Shown: piece by piece, positions 51,847-64,000 of the stretch | Numbering within the stretch: position 1 is the first letter of the stretch | Layout of the letters: each line of letters begins with the position of its first letter | Program-made: the position numbers and the translations under genes | Assembly (NCBI GenBank): GCA_012295275.1 | Contig: CM022674.1 | Span: 7,006,001 to 7,070,000, forward strand | Length of the DNA: 64,000 bases | From: Chrysomallon squamiferum | Taxonomy: Eukaryota > Animalia > Mollusca | Reading direction: 5' to 3' | Notes under the pieces: model-generated | Seen by the model: the letters and a program-made list of their open reading frames with translations, nothing else | What the model was told of the DNA's origin: nothing | Database searches by the model: none

Positions 51847-52881
51847 GATTTATTTATTTATCATTCATCTTTCTTTATTTACCACCAAAACCACCATTTA
51901 TACAACCACACTGCTATTTATACAATTGCAACTGTGATTTGTATACAAAAAAAAAAAAAAAAAAACATACAATCTTGTACCTTCTTCTCACCCTTGTTAT
52001 TAGTTCTTTATTTAATCATTCTTTTGACCCAGATTCCTTATCTTCAGAGATGTGTTTCTTGACCCACTTATCTCTGTTTACAAGCATGTTTGAAGTGCTT
52101 CATGTGCCAAACACATGTTGAGTACAACACCTGGCCATTTACCTGCCCTTAATTTAATTACAGGTGTTTAAACAGCATTGTTTGCCAGGTGTGATATACC
52201 ACCTCATGCTGAGGTGTACTGTTATTCCTCACCCCCCCATCAGCTGATTGTATCAACAAACATAAATCATAATATTTATTTATCGATAGTCTTGTTTGTT
52301 TTTGTGAGTTATTAAAGACACTGACACAGTAACTTTTCTTTAAAAAAAACAGAAATTAAGTAAATAAAAATTTCAAATGTTGAGAAGAAAAACATTAAAG
52401 TTATTTTCTTTTTCTCTGCTATAAGTTTTTGACACGTTATTAATAAAAAATCAATTTTGTTTTATTTTATTTATGCCCTTTCATATTATTTCATATTATT
52501 TAATGTTATATTATGTTATTTATTTTTTACTGATGGGTATTTTTCCCATTCTGAGAATCAGTTCATTACTAATCTTTTTATTTTCATGTTGATCCAGAGA
52601 TTAATACAAGTTACGTTTTCATGTGAAAACACACACATGATACTTTTGTCACATCCAGCTGTTATCTATCTAGAAACACAAGTTCTAAAACTCAAACAAT
52701 AAAAATCTGATAATTTAAAAAAAAATATCCATTTTGCTGTTTCAACAAGATAAAGAAACATGACATCATAATCATGTGATCTTAATGAACAATTCAGTAT
52801 CAGCAACTGGGTTCAAATATTCATGACACCAGCTTAATTAAATAACAGATAACAATTTTTTATTTCCTTTTATAAGTATTG

Positions 52882-52952
<71 letters not shown>

Positions 52953-53859
52953 TCACCATATCTGTTTCTTGCTGTCTCTATATTTGTCTCTCTATCATTC
53001 CTTCTCTCTCTTCTTTTTTCTTTTCCTGCTCTATGGCTCTTTTTTTTTTTTTTTCTCTCTCTCTCTCTCAAACACACACACACACACAGACTCAAGTGCA
53101 CCACAAACCGTAACAACTGAATAATTAACACAGATTTACAGATACAACATAAATATTTTGAAACAAACCATAAGAAAACAAAGACAAAAAGCTGTTTTTA
53201 GACTCTTAATCCTGTGACATAATCCTGACAATCATTGAACCCGTACATCTGTTTTTTTGTCAACAACAAAAGCTCATTACAGGTAAGTTGTTTATCACCT
53301 GTGTGCAATCAGTGTCACTGCAGGACTTTGTAATACAGTTGTAATAATGACATGTTAGGTAAGATGTCCTTTCTGTTGTTACCTGCTCGCAGACTTTGAA
53401 ATGAACAACAGTATAAATTACCTTCTTTGTTTTTTCTGTCAGGTCCTTTTGTTTTTTTTTTAATGTGCATGTATGAGTTTATATTTCACCACTGGTTTTT
53501 TTTTTCATTTTATTTCATTACTACTGTTTCTACCACTACTATTACTACTACTACTACTGATGTTACTTCTACTACCACCATTATTATTGTTATTACTATT
53601 ACAACTACTACTATTATTATTACCACTTCTACTACTTCAACTACTATTAATTCTACCAATACCACTACTGTTATTATTTCTACTACTACTACTACTACTA
53701 CTACATCTCTATAATTACTTCTGTGGCTGTGACTTCCAAAGCCAGTATTACTACTTGTACTAAAATCACATCATTATTTTAATAGTAATATATTTCAGCC
53801 ACACTGTTTCTTGTTTTCTTCATTTCATTTTTCCGTTTCTTTTAAATGAAATTAATATT

Positions 53860-54245
53860 ACTGAAGACAACATCTTAAATGTAAACATCAACAAATATCA
53901 ATGTACAGAAGACAAACACAAACATCAACAAATATCAATATACAGAAGACAACAACTTAAACGTAAACATCAACAAATATCAACATACAGAAGACAACAA
54001 TTTAAACGTAAACATCAACAAATATCAACATACAGAAGACAACAACTTAAATGTAAACATCAACAAATATCAACATACAGAAGACAACAATTTAAACGTA
54101 AACATCAACAAATATCAACATGCAGAAGACAACTTAAATCTAAACAACAACAAATATCAACATGCAGAAGACAACAATTTAAACATAAACATCAACAAAT
54201 ATCAACGTACAGAAGACAATAACTTAAACGTAAACATCAACAAAC
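53860..54245. repeat. 45-bp minisatellite (acagaagacaacaacttaaacgtaaacatcaacaaatatcaacat), ~9 units
   Basis: The period is 45 (53942 to 53987 and onward). Confidence 0.93.
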
Positions 54246-55359
54246 AACCACACACACGTCAGTCATCGTTTACTACGTTTTAGAAAAATTTCACCTGGAA
54301 ACATTAGTGACAGATTTGTGTGTGTAGATGACTGGTCACAGTTTCCTCTTATGTAACTAGGGCCAGCAGTCTAACCTCGCCTGCCTCGTGTTTATCAACA
54401 TCCCATGATTCACTGCTCCTCCTGTCAGTGGACTTCGGACCAATGAGAAGGTGTCAGCGTGTCCATGCATCCTGGTTGTGTTTCCTGTTAGTTATCTTGT
54501 TTACATGCAGTTCCTTATCAGATTTGTCCTTCTGATTTATGTGTTGGTGATTGATTGTGTGTTTGTTTCTTTGTTTTATGTATGTGTGTTTATTTGCATG
54601 TATGGGGTTTGTTTATTTGTGTGTTGTATTTTGTGTGTTTTGTATGTGTGTTTATTTGTTTGTATCTGTATAATGTGAGTATGTGTTTTATTTGCATATG
54701 TGTGTGTGTGTGTTTATTTGTGTATATATGTATGTGTATATGTATATGTGTGTGTTTATGTATGTGTGTTTATTTGCATGTATGTATGTGTATATGTGTG
54801 TGTGTTTATGTATGTGTGTTTATTTGTATGTATGTATGTGTATATGTATATGTGTGTGTGTTTATGTATGTGTGTTTATTTGCATGTATGTATGTGTATA
54901 TGTGTGTGTGTTTATGTATGTGTGTTTATTTGTATGTATGTATGTGTATATGTATATGTGTGTGTGTTTATGTATGTATGTTTATTTGTATGTATGTATG
55001 TTATACGTGTGTATGTATGTGTATATGTGTGTATATGTGTGTATATGTATGTGTATATGTGTGTATATGTATGTGTATATGTATGTCCTGGTAATCTGAT
55101 CTCTCACTACTATTTTTTATTTATTTATTTTAATTTTTTAATTTTATTTATTTTATTAAGTGCCAGCATTTAACAAATTCCACTCCTGTGACACACATAA
55201 TTACTTGTGAACAGTTCACATCTGTGTTGTTACTGTGTCTCATTATGTGCTGTGACACATTTCCTGTAATTAACACTCATTAATCACACTTTCCCATTCA
55301 TAATTACCATCATTATAACATTCTTTGCATTTACTACTTAGCGAATGTTAAAATCTCTT

Positions 55360-55560
55360 TTTATTATTACTATTAATTCTTACTGTTATTAGTATTTTTA
55401 TTATTATTGTTAATTCTTACTGTTATTGTTATTTTTATTATTACTGTTAATTCTTACTGTAATTGTTATTTTTATTATTACTGTTAATTCTTACTGTTAT
55501 TGTTATTTTTATTATTATTGTTAATTCTTACTGTTATTGTTATTTTTATTATCATTGTTA
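55360..55560. repeat. ~37-bp AT-rich tandem repeat (ttaattcttactgttattgttatttttattattactg)
   Basis: ttaattcttactg recurs about 5 times. Confidence 0.85.
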
Positions 55561-55608
55561 TTATTATTTATCATTTATTATTTTTACTTTTGTTGTTGTT
55601 ATTATTAG

Positions 55609-55664
<56 letters not shown>

Positions 55665-57104
55665 ACTGTTATTACAATTATTATTATTATTTATTTTTAT
55701 TATTATTATTTTTAATTATCACTAATATTATCATTATTATATAATTGTTATTACACTTACTATTATTATTATTGTAAATATTGATGTTGTTAATATTAAT
55801 TTATTATTGTTGTTGTTGTTATTATTATAGTCTGGTTTCTATCAGATTAAATCATGATTTGTTTTGTTTGTATTTTTGGAGTAATGAGATCATGTCAGTT
55901 TGTGTTATTTGCAGTTTAAACTTGGGCCTCCAGAAATAATTACTAAAAAAGTCTATTTTATTTATTTAGTTTCCTTTTTTCTTTTTATTTCTCAAAAACA
56001 TGATCAAAAACTAAAATAATTTAATTCAGAATTTAATTTTTTTAAATTTAAAAAAAAAAAAACGAAAGAAATAATAAAAAAATAAACATTGTTCTATTAC
56101 TCAAGAACCATGTTATCAAATTGTCTGCTAACACACAGTGGTTTTGATTGGCTGTTTTCTTCCAGCAGGAAGTAGTTCATTCCTTCCTCTTCCGCGGAGA
56201 GTTCCATTACAGTGTTGTCTGAATCAAAGACTGTGTCTCCTGGGTGTTTTTATCAAACATTTTCTTCCTGTTTTTCCCATTCAGCGTTACACTACTTATG
56301 TCACATGTTTTTAAGTGAAATGTACTTTTAGTCTGCTTCTATTAGCATCATCAGTTATCTCTCCTCTTTGTTTTGTGATCTAACAAAAAACATTGAAGTA
56401 AAAACATCGTGGGGAAAAAAGATGTGTTTATAACTACAAATAAAGGATATTATTTTGGTATCTTTGTTTTTATCTTGTAAATGTAAATGAATGTTGATAA
56501 TCTTTTTCTGTAAAGTACAGTGGTCTCTGGATTTGTTTGATATACACATACAAATATTTATATACAGACACATGTATTCACACAAGTATACTTATGCACA
56601 CACATCTACACAAACACACAGATACACACAGTGATACAGATATTCATATATATATACACACACACATACACATACACAAAAACACAGACATACACACACA
56701 TACACAAAAAAAGACATACACACACATGCTCAAACACACACAAATACAAAACTCTCCACTCCCCCAACAAAAACATTTTCGAGTTTCTCAACTTCAAAAT
56801 CCACACACAAAGACAGACAGACAGACAGAGACAGAGACTGACAAACAAAACACTTGATTTTTGCGTTTCACACAGGACTCTCTCTTTATCTCTGTACACA
56901 CAAACTCTTAGAACACACCCAGAAGCTAAATAACATAAATATTTTACTTTATTACTGAGATAAGCTTGTACACTGTGAGTTTAAAGAATAAAGTGCAAAT
57001 AGCTTGAACGTGGGGTTCAGTCACTGGTTATGAATAGCTAACAGGGGCCAACATCCAATGAAAGGGGAAGGGTCATACATATAACAAGTAGGCTAAACCC
57101 TATC

Positions 57105-57470
57105 TAGGGGAATTGTTGTTACATGCAAGGGATATTCATGGGAATTGGTGTTACATACAAAGAATATTCGTTGGAATTGGTGTTACGTACAAGGAACATG
57201 TATAGGAAAGATATCATATATAAGTATTGAGTAAGGGAAGGATAGTACAGTTAGTTTTTAGGGGGAAGGGAATTACATACAAGAGTTATTTTGGTGGATG
57301 TTACATACAAGGCATATCCAAGAAGAAGGTGATTAATACAAGGAATACGTGTGGGAAGTATTTCATGCAATGATTATGTAAGAGTATTACAATGACTATG
57401 TAAGAATATTACAAATGATTATGTAAGAATATTACAAGGAATACTTAGGGGAAAGTATTATTTAAAAGGA
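57105..57470. repeat. Old degenerate ~31-bp tandem repeat (gggaattggtgttacatacaaggaatattc)
   Basis: The ttacatacaag core and gggaa motifs recur with decay. Confidence 0.7.
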
Positions 57471-58710
57471 GCATCAGGAGGGGATGATATCAGAAAAATA
57501 CACAAGTGTTAAAATTAATGTTGATGTTTTATCTGATTTCACTGTGACATGAGTGAAAAAATCTAATCTGACCCAGAAAACAGAATGAAGTAAGACAACA
57601 TTCTGTATTCATTTTTTTTTTTTTTTTTTAACAATAACAAGCAAGTTCCTGCTTCTCTGTGTATAAAGTTTATTTCCATTCAAAACCTGTTTTAAAGTGT
57701 GAACACATATTTGTATGTATGCAGGCCTACATAATGTGAGAAAGAGAACGTGTGTGTGAATGTGTGTATGTGTGATGAGTGTGTGTGTGTTTGTGTTTGT
57801 GTGTTTGTGTGTGTGTTTGTGTATGTGTGTTTGAGTATGTATGTATGTGTATAAATGTGCCTGTGTGTGTGTGTCTATTTTTTTTGAATTATTGTGTGTG
57901 TGCGTGAGTATGTGTATATGATTACCTTATACACACACACACACACAAATATTTTAATAAAAACCAAAAAAAAACAACCCAAAATAAAAGAGTGCAATAC
58001 ATGAAAATAAATACACAGATAAGCGTGACATACAATACACTGTATATATCACACACACACACACAGAGAAAACTCTAGAACCTTTATCATTCAGTCACGT
58101 GTGCCTAAACAAATCACGTCTGCATCGACATCTAACCAGCACAGCACAGCACAATTCTCAACTACGTCACCACCCCGGCACCATCTGACCGGTCCGTCCA
58201 GCACAACGTTCAACAGCATCGTCACGATTTTCTCTCAACATCTGTTGTGTTACCCACACCTACAGACCACAACCTGCTTCATACTGCGTCCTTGTCATTT
58301 CCACTTGTCACACAACTGCTTGTAAGCAAGGGGGGGAGAGGGGAATGGAGGGGGTTGACAGGGAGGGAGGGATAAAGGGTAGGAGTTGAGGGGATAGGCT
58401 AGGAGGGAGAGGAAGTGCAGGGTTTTATTGGAAGAGGAGGAACATTTAAAGATTTTTTTTTTTTTTTTTTTTTTTTTTGTCTTTTTTTTTTTCATCTGCC
58501 AGGAGAACAAAGTTGTCTTTAGTTTTTTATAATCTTAGGCTAGAAGGAATGAAAGAAAAAGGACAAAGATGGAAAGAAAGAAAAAAAGAAATGAAGAAAA
58601 TGGAAAGAAATTTTTTTTGAGTTCAAAAACGAAAATAAATTTTTTAGAATAGTATAAAATAAATTTTGTGGCCTGTTTTATATGTAAACTACATTAGGCA
58701 TTTTACAAAT

Positions 58711-59280
58711 ACGTGGTATGTGTTATATAAAACAGTAACTCGTGTGGTATGTGTTATATAAAACAGTAACTCATGTGGTATGTGTTATATAAAACAGTAA
58801 CTCATGTGGTATGTGTTATATAAAACAGTAACTCGTGTGGTATGTGTTACATAAAACAGTAACTTGTGTGGTATGTGTTATATAAAACAGTAACTCGTGT
58901 GGTATGTGTTGTATAAAACAGTAACTCGTGTGGTATGTGTTGTATAAAACAGTAACTCGTGTGGTATGTGTTACATAAAACAGTAACTCGTGTGGTATGT
59001 GTTATATAAAACAGTAACTCGTGTGGTATGTGTTATATAAAACAGTAACTCGTGTGGTATGTGTTATATAAAACAGTAACTCGTGTGGTATGTGTTATAT
59101 AAAACAGTAACTCGTGTGGTATGTGTTATATAAAACAGTAACTCGTGTGGTATGTGTTGTATAAAACAGTAACTCGTGTGGTATGTGTTATATAGAACAG
59201 TAACTCATGTGGTATGTGTTATATAGAACAGTAACTTGTGTGGTATGTGTTATATAAAACAGTAACTCGTGTGGTATGTG
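58711..59280. repeat. Near-perfect 31-bp minisatellite (cgtgtggtatgtgttatataaaacagtaact), ~18 units
   Basis: The unit is read directly, with only scattered single-base variants. Confidence 0.97.
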
Positions 59281-59761
59281 GCTCAAGTTTTGTTATTAAC
59301 TGTTGCTCTTACATGAACTCTTCTTCACCCATACAGTTCATAGTCCATGTTTTATCAATTAGATTTTTTTTTTTATCTCAATTTTTTTTTTTTTAAACTT
59401 TTTTTTTGTTTCAACTTTCTGGAATGTTAAGCACATGGTTTTATGATTTGGTGTTGTTGTTTGTGATGATAATGATGATGATGTTGTTATTACCAATATT
59501 ATTGTTTTTAAATCTTTTCTTGTTTTGTTTTTTTTTTAAAAAAAAGGTTAATTATACTGTCATTCTTGTTTAGATTTAAAAAAAATAAAAACTTGTATAA
59601 GGAGAGATGATAGAAAAAAGGGTGAATGAGATAGAGAGAAAGAAACAGAAAGTAAGAGAGGTTAACAAACATTTTCATTTTATTATTTTTTAAAACTTTG
59701 AAATAATATTTTATTTGTAATGTAAATAAAATATTTGTTGTTTTGAAATTTATAATTATTG

Positions 59762-59800
<39 letters not shown>

Positions 59801-60099
59801 GCTATTATTATTATTTATTTTTATTTTTACTTTTTTTTACATGGATAAACACAATGTTTAGTATTTTCGCTAAAACAGGAAACTAAAAAAAAAAAAAACC
59901 TTAAAACCCCCACACCTATAGTAAAAACATTTTGTTCTATATATAAATCTGTTGACCATTTTAAAACATACGGAGATCATGTACAAGTTTTCACATTTCG
60001 GAAGTGTCGAGCAAAAAATAAGATGTAGGATTTCGTTTATCTTTTCCATGTGTGTGTTCTTTTAATATTTTATGAATCGAAGTTTTTTTCCACATGTTC

Positions 60100-60440
60100 G
60101 TAATAACCAATAAAAAAAAAAAAAAAAATTATTATGACATGTGTTTGCAGTAAACCAGCCAATGAAACTGATGTGTTTCATTTCAAATCGTTCACAGTAT
60201 TTCATTCTTAACTCCACCATAGAGGAAAAAGGTGTGAGAAACGGAAAATGAACTCGACACGCAAAACACTTCGACGAATTCGACTAACAGTCACTGGAAA
60301 AGCTTTCAGATGTCGTCTGAAATCTAAATCCAGCCCAAATGTTTTCTTTACAAAGTGTATGAGTATTAACAGAATCGTGAATATTTTTTATATTTTTTTT
60401 TTTTTTTTTTTTTTTGGCCAAGTTTTTCTCAATGGTAAGT
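60100..60440 (+). promoter_or_regulatory. Candidate alternative promoter and first exon ending ATG|GTAAGT
   Basis: CCAAT at 60107 and 60159, Inr-like TCATTC at 60202, CpG-rich 60240-60380, and donor caATG|GTAAGT at 60435. Confidence 0.35.
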
Positions 60441-61019
60441 GTTCCAACAGGTGAACTTAATTACCCAGATTTTTTTTTTTTTTTTTTTTAATTCCAGCTA
60501 TATCTAGGTATGATTGTTTTGGGTGTGGTGTTTTTACAACAATACAACATGTTGATGTTGAGGTGACCTGGGGGTTATGTGTTTTGTTCACATCAACGCA
60601 ATGGAAATGATGCGCATAACAAGTTCGGTGCAGTGAAACTATCATTAGTGCAAAAATTAAAGTTTGAAATATTTCCCATATTTTCGCAATTAAATTTTGA
60701 AATAATACATGTATTTTTTGTAATTAAATTTTGAAATACCGCCTGTATTTTTGCAATTAAATTAACAATATTAGTTGTATGTGTGTTTAATTAAATTTAG
60801 AATATTAGTTGTGTTGGTGTTAGTAATATTAATAATTTCATCTACTTAATGCCCTTTACAGTATGTGTAATGCAGTTTTCTGTTGTATATATTTTGCCAC
60901 TTAACATCAATAATTTGAGTTACTTCGTGTTAGTTGGAGTAGCAGTAGAATAAAATTTACATCTTGTCTCATTTAAAGCATTAATAATTTCAGTTACCTT
61001 TTTCTGCTTATGATTTGAC

Positions 61020-61320
61020 ACGTTTTCACGTCCCTTATAGCATTAATAATTTGAGACATGTTATGCCCCTTATAACATCAGTAATTTGAGACATGTTGTG
61101 TCCCTTATATCATCAATAATTTGAGACATGTCCAACCCTTTATATCATCAGTAATTTAATTACAAGAGTATTTAGGGGAAAGGGTATTACACACAAGGAA
61201 TATTCATGTCCCTAATAACGTCATTAATGTGACATGTTGTGTCCCTTATATCATCGATAATTTGATCCCCTTATATCATCAGTAATTTGAAACATGTCAT
61301 GCCTGGTACAACATCAGTAT
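61020..61320. repeat. Degenerate ~35-bp tandem repeat (tcccttatatcatcagtaatttgagacatgttgtg)
   Basis: About 7 decayed units, interrupted at ~61160-61207 by unrelated sequence. Confidence 0.75.
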
Positions 61321-61980
61321 TTTTGATTATATTTTGCTGTTTATGATATAATCAGTATTGTTTCTGTGACTCAAACTTTATGGCGAGTACTGTTCCATTT
61401 GACAATCTGCATACAGATGATAGCGTTCTGCAAAATGAAATATTTACCAAATGTAGCTGATAAAATGTGATAAGATGTAGAGAATGAGAACAGTAAGAGA
61501 GAAAGGTACCAAAAGAGAGAATACAATTTAGTGTATTGTTAAACCTAAAAATTAAAAAAAAAAAAAAAATTTCAATACCAAATGTAACTGACAAAATGTC
61601 ATTTAATATATTGTTAAACTTGAAAATCAAAAAATAATATTTAAACAAGCATCCACTAATATTTAAAGAATTTAAATATTGAAAGTTTATTTTTAAAATG
61701 AGGTACAGGTTCACTGACCGTTTCTAAAGATTTGTGTCGTAACCTTGCAGTGTCTTTCAAAACTGTCAACAACACAAGAGAAATCTCTCCAAGTGGCGCA
61801 CGTTCCTGTCAGCAGAAACTCTTGTTATTCCGCCTGGTCACAGGTGGGACAGATCGAACGTAATATTGTAACATTTTGTTTTCAACTCCTACCTGCACAC
61901 ACACACACACACCGAGGTTGATGTCCGAAGTGAATTACTTCTGTGTTAGTGAGGTGTGACAGGGTGAGAGAGAGATAGAG

Positions 61981-62093
<113 letters not shown>

Positions 62094-63069
62094 GAGAGAG
62101 GGGGAGACAGAGAGAGAGAAAGACAGAGAGAGAGATAGTGAAAGCGAACAAGAGACAGAGCAAAAGAGAACCTGAAAGAGAAAAAACTGAAAGAGGTAGT
62201 GAGAGAAAGAAAGACAGCAAGAAAAAGAGAAAATTACTGAGAGAAAAAGATAGAGATAGCAAGAGTTAAAAAGAGAGAGAGAGAGAGCAACTGAGAGAGA
62301 TAGTGATGGAGGTTGGTGGAGAGAGATGGATGGGGAGGGAGACAGTCAAAGAAAGAGAAAAAAAAACTGTAAAAACAAAGAAAGAATAGATATCAGAGAA
62401 AAAAGAAGAGAGGAATGAAATCTGGTTCTGATTTACGTCCGACATCTACCATATCAACTAGAATCTGTTCAGCTGTTGTGTGTGTGTGTGTCTATAGGGT
62501 GATTGTGTTTGTGTATTTGTGTCTGTGTATGTGTATTTGTGTTTGTGTGTATGTGTCAGTACAAGTTAATATGCATATTAAAATTGTTTATCTAATGTTT
62601 TTATTTGTATGTATGAAAACAAGGAAGTATTAGTTTGTGTGTATATTAGAAAATATACATATTATTCCATTTTTATGTGTACATGTTTGAATGTCTGTCT
62701 GTCTGTGTGTGTGTCTAAAGAATGAGAAGATGATTTATTAATTCTAAATGTAACACTACATATAACATCTCAGATTCTGTCTGTGCTTCTGTTTGTATGT
62801 GCATCCATGTAACATGACTAACTGGATGTTTTGATTTACTTATATATGTGTGTATGTGTGTGTCTGTGTGTGTGTGTGCATGTGTGTCTGATTATGTCTG
62901 TTTGTATGTGTGTGTATATATATATGTTCTTACAAACATAACTCACTGAATATTTTGATATCGTTTCTAAATTTACTATATATGTGTCTGATTATATCTG
63001 TGTGTCTGTCTGTATATGTGTTCTTATCAAACCATTCAATTAGTTATGTTTATATCTGTTCTGAATTTA

Positions 63070-63101
<32 letters not shown>

Positions 63102-63526
63102 AAACAGACATATATATATATAAAACATGTTTAATTATGTCTGAGTACATGTGTGTGGGTGTATTTGATTCTGATGTTGAAGCACATTTTTGTATTCAAT
63201 TACCAGGATGCTAACAATAAAAAATTCAATATTGAGTGCGTCGATGCTGGTAACACCTGTGTGGTTGTTGTTAATGAACCATTGTCAATAAAAATCTAGC
63301 TGTTGAGAACATAGCATCTGAAGAATTTGTGTTGTTGTTGCCGCTGTTGTTGTTGTCGTTGTAATTTTTATTTTTTGTTTATTACATGAACACATACAGA
63401 CAGAGACAAATACACATATATATTCATGTAGATAGAAACACATGTATGCACAGATAGACACATTCACATACACACATACATACATACTTGTATACATATA
63501 TAAAAGCAGACTTATATGTACATGTA

Positions 63527-63611
<85 letters not shown>

Positions 63612-64000
63612 CCTACCTATGATTTACCTACCAACATCTACCTATGTAAAAATACCTGTAAAAATGTATGCATGTATCTATACTTTGTGTGTAAAACAGA
63701 ATCTTCATTTTTTTTTTTGTTAGTGCATATGCTTAAATTCACATTTCATAATGACAGAAAAAAAATCAATTTAAAAAAAAAAAAACTAATAAAAAAACTC
63801 ATTAAAACAAACGAACAGTATAAAACTAACAAATTTTTATTTTGTAGTTAAAACAGGGTGAGGTCAGAGGTCATATCCATGATAACTGTCTGATATAAGA
63901 ATGGTAATCATTTACCTTCACTCACACCCACACACACCCACAGAGAAAACTCTCTTGGTTTAATTAGAATGAATGAGCTAAATATATATATATGTATATA

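Noticed and set aside
61070-61285. CTGATGA on the - strand within a tandem repeat, suggesting a hammerhead ribozyme or retrozyme
   Set aside because: There is no stem II followed by GAAA and no closing helices. The same holds for CTGATGA at ~34712 and ~50250.

Overview
This is eukaryotic (animal) nuclear DNA, very AT-rich, CpG-depleted and saturated with microsatellites ((CA)n, (CT)n, (AAT)n, (ACT)n) and local minisatellites. A gastropod mollusc origin is a tentative guess. The window opens on a strong + strand splice donor (GAG|GTAAGT at 10/11) and reads mostly like one very long intron, or a few introns, of an unidentified + strand host gene. Almost all ORFs in the supplied track are translations of simple repeats. 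The one credible coding region is an intronless 265-aa ORF on the - strand (44480-45277). It sits in a CpG-retaining, repeat-poor island (~43.1-47 kb) with its own promoter-like motifs. The most interesting signals are: (i) this nested antisense orphan gene, which carries three PP2A-B56-type LxxIxE-like motifs and is followed by two small ORFs chained by consecutive ATGA stop/start overlaps; (ii) a textbook AG|GTAAG recursive-splice-site candidate with a 35-nt cryptic exon at 50957; (iii) a phase-compatible microexon/exon pair at 14196 and 23004; (iv) a cluster of five inverted repeats plus a G-quadruplex at 33.2-33.7 kb; (v) minisatellites that multiply transcription-factor or splice motifs, and repeated RFX X-boxes. 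I found no rRNA, tRNA, CRISPR array or intact transposon. All functional calls are unverified because no searches were run.
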